From Octopus vulgaris (lineage: Eukaryota), in NCBI GenBank assembly GCA_951406725.2, contig OX597841.1:20646001-20710000 (forward strand): a stretch of 64,000 bases of DNA, given 5' to 3'. Positions 53,673 to 64,000 of the stretch are shown in pieces. The position numbers and the translations under genes were made by a program. The notes beneath the pieces were generated by a model that was not told where the DNA came from, searched no databases, and worked only from the letters and a program-made list of their open reading frames with translations. Within the stretch, counting starts at the first letter, position 1. Each line of letters opens with the position of its first letter.

Positions 53673-54030
53673 TGCAGGTGTGTCTGTGTGGTAAGAGACT
53701 TGCTTTCCAACCATATGGTTCTGAGTTCAGTCCTACTGTGTGGCACCTACAGCAAGTGTCTTCTACCATAGCCTTGGGCTGACTAAAGCCTTGAGTGGAT
53801 TTGATAGATGGAAACTGAAAGAAACCCATTGTATATGTGTGTCTGTGTTTGTCCCCCTCTTGACAAGTGGTGTTGGTGTGTTTACATCCCTGTAACTTAG
53901 TGGCTCAGCAAAAAGAGACTAATAGTATAAGTAAAAAAAAACATCCTGGAATCAATTTGTTTGACTAAAATCCCTTCAAGGCAGTGCTCCATCATGGCCG
54001 CAGTCAAATGACTGAAACAAATAAAAGATA
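53673..54030 (+). mobile_element. CORE-like SINE
   Basis: Homology to 7273-7710. Confidence 0.8.
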
Positions 54031-54239
54031 AAGATCATGTGACATAACTGACAAGGCTGTTGGAAAGAGACACCAAAGAAAAAAATTTCTTGTCATTATT
54101 CTGTTTTTTTTTAGAAATCAGGGAGTTGAAAAACAAACAAACCTGACCCTCAGTAAATTTGAACTCAGAATACAGATAAAAGAAACTATCTGCTACAAAG
54201 TACTAAGTTATGACCTACTGTATCATGACTGCATATCAG

Positions 54240-54287
<48 letters not shown>

Positions 54288-55087
54288 TGTGAAATCAATA
54301 ATGAATCGCCTGGCAGCTGCTGCCATTCATACGAAATAGGTCTCCTGAAGATCAGAGTCAAAAGTCATTAATAACGTCAGCTTAACTGATTGCTGTAACA
54401 CAAACACAGATGCACTCAGTCTGCTAGACACAACAGTCAAATCTCTCTCCAATTACAGCCTGTTTTGTGTATGTAAATATGCATGCATGAGCTAAAGAGA
54501 GTGAGACTTCTACATGGTAGCTAGAACAGACAGAAATAACAACTAAATATCCCTCCAATCTTACTCTAATGTCACTCCCACTGCATTGTGCGAAAGTACA
54601 TTTATATGCATCGAGGCATCATGAGAGTCTTTCAGAAATTCTACTGATCTTAGTATAATTTACTTTAAGGTACGCATGAATTAAGTTTAGCTTTAATGTC
54701 TCCATTCTTATAAACACCAAGTAGTCACTTAACTTGCTATGTGAATGGATGTGCACCAAACAACACCTCTGTATGCTCACATCATCATGGATGCTTGTAT
54801 GAGTGAGTGTAGATGTGCCATGCAGCCTGTGTGACGCTGTTTATACATCCGCTGTATTGCGTGTTTGTTTCTCTTTTGCATCCGTTATTTTATTAATCGT
54901 CTTCTGTATAAATGAAGAGATATCCTTAAATTTGCTGCTTTTCGGTACATGAAATGAGAAGATACATTGCAGAACTGTTATTTTAATGAGTTATATTTAT
55001 CATCCGAAGAGACACATCTGCACCGCTGGAGGCTCCTGAAACAACTGTAGTGATTAATAAAAATTCTTTCATTTACTATATATATAT

Positions 55088-57492
55088 GAGAAGCTAGGAG
55101 ACAGGTTTATTTAGCCAGAAGGGAAGCAGATAAGAAAAAATTTGCCAATGTTCTGCGCCGTGAGGACCAAAGACTTGAGGTATTCCGTGTTGCAAGATAG
55201 TGTGTGAGAGAGAATTGTGATGTTGTAGGAGAGAAATGTGTTCGCATGGATGATGGCTCACTTGCGCTGAGAGAGGTTTGGAGACACCATTATGAGAAGC
55301 TGCTAAATAAGGAAAATGAATGGCATAAAGAGAGTCTGCCGAATGTCGACCCAACAGAGGGACCAGCTATCTGAGTTGATAGTTCCTTAGTAGTTAAGGC
55401 AATTAGAAGCATGAAGACAGGGAAAGCCCCAGGTCCATCAGGAATTACTGCTGAGATGCTTAGAATATCTGGTAGTGTCGACTATAGCCTAGTCACCCAT
55501 ATAGTTAACCAGGTGATACATGAAGGAGTCATACCCAATGACTGGTGTAGCAGCATAATAGTCAACTGCTACAAAGGTAAAGGTGACGCTTTAGATACAA
55601 ATAATTACAGAGGTATCAAGTTGTTAGATCAGGTAATGAAAGTTACGGTGAGGATCATAGCCCAACTGATTAGGGAAAGAGTCAGCTTGGATGAGATGCA
55701 ATTTGGTTTCGTGCCAGGGAAAAGCACCACTGATGCTATATTTCTGGTGAGACAGCTGCAGGAGAAATACCTAGCCAAAGATAAGCCCCTGTACCTGGCT
55801 TTCGTTGACATGGAGAAAGCCTTTGACAGGGTCCCCCGATCCCTTATCTGGTGGTCAATGAGAAAACTAGGGATAGATGAATGGTTAGTGAGAGCTGTGC
55901 AAGCCATGTACAGAGACGCTGTAAGTAAGGTGAGGGTTGGCAACGAGTACACTAAAGAATTCAGGGTAGAGGTAGGGGTCCACCAAGGTTCAGTCCTCAG
56001 CTCCCTCCTATTTATCATAGTCCTCCAGACAATAACGGAAGAATTCAAGACAGAATGCCCCTGGGAGCTCCTCTACGCTGATGACCTTGCTCTAATTGCT
56101 GAGTCACTATCAGAACTGGAGAAGTTTCAGGTATGGAAGCAAGGATTAGAATCGAAGGGCCTTAGAGTCAACCTAGCTAAAACCAAAGTCCTAATATGTA
56201 GGAAGGCAGGCAAATCACAAACGCCTTCAGGTAGATGGCCCTGCTCGATCTGTAGAAAAGGCGTAGGTAGAAACTCTATAAGATGCACCAAGTGTAAGCT
56301 ATGGACACATAAGAGGTGCAGCAATGTCAAAGGAAAGTTAACTGGGAAGATAGTTTTTGTATGTGGCTGATGCTCAGGAGCAATAAACACTGAAAATGCT
56401 CAGAGACCAACTTCCGCCGCATTCCAGGGAGAAAAACTAGAAATTGTTGATAGTTTCCGCTACCAAGGTGACCAAGTCAGTAGCGGGGACGGGTTGCTGA
56501 AAGTGTAACTGCTAGAGTAAGAATAGCCTGGGCAAAGTTCAGGGAGCTCTTACCTCTGCTGGTGACAAAAGGCCTCTCGCTCAGAGTAAAAGGCAAACTG
56601 TATGACGCATGTGTACGAACAGCCATGCTACATGGCAGTGAAACATGGGCCGTGACTGCTGAGGATATGCATAAGCTTGCAAGAAATGAAGCCAGTATGC
56701 TCCGATGGAGGTGTAATGTCAGTGTACATACTCGACAGAATGTAAGTACCTTGAGAGAAAAGTTGGATCTAAGAAGCATCAGTTGTGGTGTGCAAGAGAG
56801 ACGTTTGTGCTGATATGGTCATGTAGCGAGAATGGATGTAGATAGTTGTGTGAAAAAGTGCCACACCCTAGCGGTTGAGGGAATCTGTGGAAGAGGTAGA
56901 CCCAGGAAAACCTCGGACAAGGTGGTGAAGCACGACCTTTGAACTTTAGGTCTCACCGAGGAAATGACCAGAGACCGAGACCTTTGGAAGTATACTGTGC
57001 GTGGGAAGACCCGGCAGGATGAGTGAGACCATAACCCATGGCGTCTACCTGGGACGTAGCCAGCCCACTTATGCATACCTTTCCTTCTTTGACACATACC
57101 CTACTTGTGAAGACCTATTGAGGCAAGCGAAAATCAAAATCAAAATCGATCAACATCAATGGAAATTGCAGCTGTGATTCCAGTGCCGGTGGCATGTAAG
57201 GGAACCACCCGAACATGGCCGTTGCCAGCGCCGCCCCGACTGGCCTCCGTGCCAGTGGCACATAAAAAGCACCATCCGATTGTGGCCGTTGCCAGCCTCG
57301 CCTGGCACCTGTGCTGGTGGCACGTAAAAGACACTCACTGCACTCACGGAGTGGTTGGCGTTAGGAAGGGCATCCAGCTGTAGAAACACTGCCAGATCAG
57401 ACTGGGCCTGGCGCAGCCGTCTGGCTTCCCAGACCCCAGTTGAACCATCCAACACATACTAGCATGGAAAACGGACGTTAAACGACGATGAT
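55088..57492 (+). mobile_element. 5'-truncated RTE LINE, same family as 1903-6060
   Basis: ORF 55411-56370 encodes RT with LYADD and the Cys/His insert; several stops and frameshifts elsewhere. Confidence 0.9.
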
Positions 57493-57809
57493 GATATATA
57501 ATCCCAAAAATGAAGGAGAAACACAAGAAAAAACAACACAAGGATGTGGTACATACAAAGTTCTTCTTCAGAAATAGGAGACAGAAGAAAGTCCAAGAGA
57601 AAAGGAAGATGGAGGGAAAAAATTCACCAACAATCCACATGTAGTGTAGTGTGTCTATATATAAATAAAATATGAATTAGAGATAAAACCACTACTAGTG
57701 GTTTTATCTCTAATTCATATTTTATATATTTATACTGTGAAATTTGATTTAATCCTAAATCTAATTTTTCCCTGTAAGTTTGGAGTCATACTCCCTAATA
57801 TTATTATTT

Positions 57810-58562
<753 letters not shown>

Positions 58563-58564
58563 AT

Positions 58565-61500
58565 GTTGGCATCCTTTTTGTCTCGGGAGGCAATGGAGTT
58601 GCGCATAAAAAAGTCTAGTCCGGCTTTTACATTTCATGTCCTGATACATTTCCTGCTGTGGCTGTGTAGTCCTATCCTGGACAAACACTCCCTCTGGCAG
58701 GTACCGCAAATGTAGCGAAGACTGTTCCTGGCTGGTTGTAATGCCATAGTTTCTTGCTGGCGTCTTTTCTTGTCTTTCCATTTCTTCTCTCTCTCTCTGT
58801 CACTCCTTTGTATTCCCTCTTTTACGGTACGTCACCAATCTCCACGGTTGCCTGCAACTGCTTCCCAGTTGGTAATATTGATGTTGCAGGCCTTCATGTC
58901 CCTTTTGCAAACATCCTTGTAACGTAAGAGCGGTCTACCCACAGACCTAGTACCCCTAGCAAGCTCTCCGTAGAGTATGTCCATGGGGATGCTGCCATCT
59001 TTCATACGGCTAACATGCCCAAGCCATCTCATACGTCTTTGTGTGAGGAGCGCAAACATGCTTGGTATTCCTGCTTGCTTGAGGACATCTTTGTTGGGGA
59101 TATGATTCTGCCATTTGATGCGGAGGATTTTCCGGAGGCAGCGCAGGTGAAAGATGTTTAGGGTACACTCTTGGCGTGTGTATAGCGTCCAAGTCTCACT
59201 TCCATATAGTAGAGTGCTAAGTACACATGCCTGGTAGATCTTCATTTTCGTGGTCTTGGTCAGCTTATTGTTGTCCCATGCCCGTTTGGAGAGTTGGGCC
59301 ATCGCAGCAGCTGCCTTGCCAATGCGAATATTGAGCTCAGCGTCAAAGGATAGGTTGTAGGTGACGGTAGAGCCAAGATAGGTAAACTTCTCCACCTCTT
59401 GTAATCTGTGGTCTCCAATATGTATGTTTGGGATGTCCGATGTAGCCTGACCTATGATGTTGGTCTTCTTAAGGCTGATAGCTAAGCCAAAGTAGTTACA
59501 TGCTTGCTCAAAACAGTTAATGAGCCTTTGGAGGGCTTCTTCTGTGTGTGATACCAGAGTGGCATCATCAGCAAATAGCATCTCCTTGATCAGGACGTTT
59601 CTGATTTTGGTCTTGGCATGCAGGCGCGAGAGATTGAACAGTTTCCCGTCACTTCTGCTGTGCAGTAACACTCCATCATCTGATGTCTGAAAGGCATGTG
59701 AGAGTAAGAGCGAAAAGAAGATGCCAAATAATGTAGGAGCGAGGACACAACCTTGCTTTACCCCGTTTTTTATTTGGAAGGCGGCTGATGTTGAACCGTT
59801 GTGCTGTATGGTGCCTTGCATATCATCATGGAAAGACTTGATGATCCTTAGCAGCTTTGGTGGACATCCGATTTTTTGGAGCAGGGTAAAGAGGCCTGTT
59901 CTGCTTACCGAGTCAAAGGCCTTTGTTAGATCAATGAAGGCATTTTCTGCTCTCTGGACTTCTCCTGAAGTTGGCGTATGGAGAATATCATATCAATAGT
60001 TGATCTGCTTCTTCTAAAGCCACACTGCGATTCCGGATAGATTTGAGAAGCAAGTAGTTGTAGCCTGGCCAGGATAACGCGAGCAAAGGTCTTTCCAACA
60101 GTGCTTAGAAGAGATATTCCACGGTAATTGTTACAATCACCACGGTCACCTTTGTTTTTGTAAAGCCTAATGATGTTAGCATCCCGCATATCCTGAGGGA
60201 CTGTACCCTCTTCCCAGCACTGACACAGAAGCTCATGAAGGTGCCGAAGCAGGATGGTGTTTTTGCCAGCTTTGATGATCTCTGAGGGGATGCCATCTTT
60301 TCCCGGAGCCTTGTTTCTTGCTAGGGAGTCAATAACCTTGGTGAGCTCTGCTATAGATGGTGGACTGTCAAGTTTGCACATGACTGGCAAGATCTTGACA
60401 CTCTCGACTGCAGCCTCAGCCACTGTAGTCTCCCATGAGTAGAGATCCTGGTAGTGCTCAATCCATCTATCCATTTGCTTGCTTTGATCCCTGATGAGAT
60501 CTCCAGTAGTTGATTTCAGAGGGACTGACTTGGTTGCGGATGGACTGAGGGGCTTCTTCAAACCAGCATACATCCCATGGGTGTCGCCCCCATCAGCAGC
60601 TGACTGGATACCCTGACAGATTTCCTGCCAATACCTATTTGCACAGCGTCTGGCTGTCAGTTGGGTTTTATTTCGTGCCTTTCTGAGTTCTTCGAGTGAC
60701 TTTGTAGAAAAGTCACTCTTGTATTGCATCAGAGCTGCACGCTTTGCTTCGATAACTGGCTCCAGCTCTGAGAGCCCAGCATTGAATCAATCTGGGTTTT
60801 GCCTTTCTCTCATGCCGAAAGTATCTATTGATGTGGTATACAAAGCTTCCCTGATATAATTCCACCTACTTTCAGCAGAGGAGGTTGGGCAGCTACTGAG
60901 GGCAACCTTGATAGAAGCAGCAAAACATTTTCGCAGTGTAGGGTCCGAGGTTTTGGCAGTGTTAATGCGTGGTCAGCCCACTTTCTTGGAGCGATGGACT
61001 TTTTTAGGCAGAATCCTCACCCTACTTCTAATTAGTGAGTGGTCTGTGTCACAATCTGCGCTGTGGTAACTGCGGGTCAATAGAGTAGAATTCAGAAAGG
61101 ATCTCCGTGTAATGATGAGATCCAGCTGATGCCAGTGGTGAGAACTTGGATGTCTCCAAGATGCCTTGTGGGATGGCTTGTTATGGTATGTGCAGAATTC
61201 GAGTAGTCTCTGACCATTGTCATTCATGTTGCCAATACCAAAGTGTCCAACACAAATGGGCCACGAATCATGGTCAGATCCCACGCGAGCGTTAAAATCC
61301 CCTAGAAGGTAGATATTTTCAGATGTTGGTATATTTTTTATGACACAGTTGAGATCTTTGTAGAACTGGTCCTTGGTCACCTCTGAGAGTGAGAGCATAG
61401 ATGCTGAGTAGATGTACTGAGCCAGAAGAAGTCGAGAGGCGCAGTGAGAGGATACGCTCAGTGCCTCCTGATGGTGGTTCTATTGAGGAGAGTAATGAGT

Positions 61501-62360
61501 TTTTCACTGCAAAGCCAACGCTATGCTGATGAGGTTCTTCTGGATCGCTTCCTTGCCAAAAGAAGGTGAAATCCTGTTCTTTGAGTTTGCCGTTTGAGGG
61601 AAGCCTTGTCTCCTGTAGCCCAGCAATGTCTATGTTAAGCCTCTTTAGTTCACGGTTAATGATGGCTGTTTTCCTTGTGTCTTCAACCCTGAGTAGATCA
61701 TCAGATATTCCAGGGAACATGGTCCTGACATTCCAGCTTGCCAACTGCAGGACTGGTGGTTTCTTGTCTTTTAGTTGTTTGCCCGGTGCAGAGGTTGCAG
61801 GCCGCTTTTCAAGTCATACTCTTATCTCCAAGCACCCAATGAAGCAGGCGGCCTGTGGCAGGTCCGCACCTTATTAACTGGGGGCTGCCCAGCTTGAGGT
61901 GGGCAGTAGCTAACCAATAGGACACGGAGGTCCCTCCCACGGTCAGAGGTAACCCGTAGCGCCCATATTTTACGCCAATCTGATTGGACTTATCACTCGT
62001 GACTGTTACCTCCCGTGTTGTTTCTGCAGCTTTTTACAGCAGCACTGAAGTGTCCTCTCCAGTTTTGCGCAGGCCTGGGCTAGAGATAAGAAAGTCCTGG
62101 GTAGCCCAATCGTCAGGTTTCCTCTCTCGACCTTGCTGATGTAGTCCAAAGGAGTGCAGAGCATTACGTTTGGCACCAGCTTAGTTGCAGGAGCTGCCGG
62201 AAGAGTGTCGAGTCGAACACTAAACCGCCTTCGGGGCTCCACTCTGGATTTCTTTGAAGATTGTCTCCTTTCCGTAACCCTGGATAGGGGCCCATACCGG
62301 GTATTGTCAGCCGGAGCCAGCTGAGCCTGGAACTCGTGTTAGGCAGGGTCGTCACTCCCT
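58565..62360 (-). mobile_element. Near full-length RTE/BovB-like LINE (frameshifted)
   Basis: EN (ASWNVRT, GLQETR, LGDFNARVG, TDH) and RT (SQCGFR, VKQGCVLAP, LFADD, LLYGSETW); 5' boundary approximate. Confidence 0.9.
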
Positions 62361-62475
62361 GAAGTAGTGAAGAAGTTCGCTACCCACTTCCTTTTCAAGT
62401 AATGTTAAATTATTATTAGATTTTTCATTCTTTTTCCTACGTTTGTTTTATATATTTATTTTCAACCACTAACAT

Positions 62476-62690
62476 TCATCATCATCAGCAGCAGCAGCTG
62501 TCGTAGTAGCAGCAGCAATATCACTATCAGCAGTAGCAGAGGCAGTGGTAACAGCAGTAGTAATGGCAGCAGCAACAGCAGGAGCAGCGGTGGCAGGAGC
62601 AGCAGCAGCAACAGTGGTAGCAATAGCAGCAGTAGTAGTGATGGCAGCAGCAGTGGCAGCAGTAGTAGTAGCAATAGCAGCAGTAGTTGG
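62476..62690. repeat. Imperfect (AGC/AGT)n trinucleotide repeat
   Basis: Direct inspection. Confidence 0.9.
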
Positions 62691-62839
62691 TTAGCAAGAG
62701 GTAATAGAAAATAGATCTTCCAGTTTTTTTGGGGTTTTTTTTAGAATTTCTTTAAGTAAATTACTCGCTTCTCCCCTTGCTCAATTCCGACCGACCCTTG
62801 TTCGCTGTGCTCCATATATTATATACTATATATATATAG

Positions 62840-63360
62840 GCATTATTAAATCTCTGAACGAGATGTAAACAGTAATCGCTCAACAATGTAAAGTATAAAA
62901 GCCATCTCAATATGGCTAACCACAAAGGGGGGGGTGTTACTGTAGCTTTTTAGCCCCATACGGTAACCCCCCCCCTTTGTGGTTAGCCATATTGAGATGG
63001 CTTTTATACTTTACATTGTCGAGCGATTACTGTTTACATCTCGTTCAGAGATTTAATAATGCTTACAGTCAGTTTTTCGAAATCAGTGGCAGGCGTCACT
63101 AGAAAAATTCTTATATTTGCAAAGCAGGCCTTGTCTTTCATCGTGACCTGGTGGTTACCGCCCGTTGATAAGAGACAATCTCGAAACCGGTCCGTGCGTA
63201 TTACTCAGGCTTACAAGAAAGGGATGGCCTCCCTTTGCAAATACCTTAAGGGCACAGAAAGTGTGTCTAAAGCCAGCTGGAGACGATGATCTCCTGGGGC
63301 TAAAAAGCTACAGTAACCCCCCCCTTTGTGGTTAGCCATATTGAGATGGCTTTTATACTT

Positions 63361-63364
<4 letters not shown>
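62840..63364. mobile_element. HHR element related to 29347-30038, with inverted and direct partial duplications
   Basis: Shares AAATCTC.GA.CGAG.T.TAAACAGTAA, AGCCATCT.AAT.TGGCTA and GGTGTTACTG...TAGCCCCAGG with the 29.3-30.0 kb element. Confidence 0.75.
63159..63198 (+). ncRNA. HHR motif with U3/A8 core variant
   Basis: CGCCCG TTGATAA GAGA-CAA-TCTC GAAAC CG GTC CGTGCG. Confidence 0.6.
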
Positions 63365-63408
<44 letters not shown>

Positions 63409-63410
<2 letters not shown>

Positions 63411-64000
63411 GGGTAGGCCAAAATTAGTGCCCCAACTTCATGTGTCCCAATTATATGACTATTAGTTCTGTAGTTTCTTGATGCATGCTGTAATTATTTC
63501 TATATGTCACTGATTATTTGATGTGTTGAATTTTGTGAGAGAATACTGGCAGAAGTCAGAGATTCCAAATTTTCTGATCAACTCATTATCTCTGATGAAG
63601 CGACCTTCCATGTTTCCGGTCCCATCAACTGCCATAACTGCTTCTTTTATTCAGAAGATGACACTGAAGTGGTTTGGGAAAAGTACGTCAATTCACCTAC
63701 TCTTCTCGTCTTCAGGACTTTGTGCATTCCATACTCAATGAGTGATGATGAATGGTGATCATTACCTGGCGTTGTGTGAGAACATCATCTGGCTGCATTT
63801 TCGATGCTGCCATTCCAAAATCTTTGTGCAAGATGGAGCACCTCTTCATTATGACAAACATGTAAGAAACTTCCTCGATGAACACCTACGAAATCGTTGA
63901 ATTGGACATCATGGCAGCTTTTGTGAATATCCAGCAAGGTCTCTGGATTTAACTGTGTGACTTTTTTTCTCTGGGATAGCTCAGAGATCAAGTCTACAAG
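63409..64000 (+). mobile_element. Tc1/mariner-superfamily transposase remnant running off the window
   Basis: SDEATFHVSG, QDGAPLHY and ARSLDL...DFF.WG-like motifs in shifting frames; CAGGGT terminus. Confidence 0.7.

Noticed and set aside
62462-62674. Poly-leucine ORF resembling a signal or membrane peptide
   Set aside because: Translation of a trinucleotide repeat

Overview
AT-rich, repeat-dense animal genomic DNA. The SINE and LINE repertoire and the long (TA)n/(TATACA)n tracts look like an octopus/cephalopod genome (inference). The only host gene I can support is a first coding exon (35577-35702, +) resembling the N-terminal signal-anchor of Golgi alpha-mannosidase II (MAN2A), followed by what appears to be an intron longer than 28 kb. 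The rest is mostly mobile DNA: RTE-clade LINEs, two CR1-like LINE families, an R4/Dong 3' end, a Penelope-like GIY-YIG remnant, Tc1/mariner remnants, non-autonomous Helitrons, MITEs, several SINE families and a 2.8-kb foldback element. The most notable signal is a set of type I hammerhead ribozyme (HHR) motifs in several unrelated short repeat families. A 489-bp tandem unit carries two intact HHRs (22538-22644, 23027-23133) that could release a unit-length, circularisable RNA like a retrozyme. A foldback element carries an intact minimal HHR (29829-29870), a related element has a possibly compensatory U3/A8 core (63159-63198), and several decayed copies occur elsewhere. All calls were made by eye; no searches or folding computations were run, and repeat boundaries are approximate.
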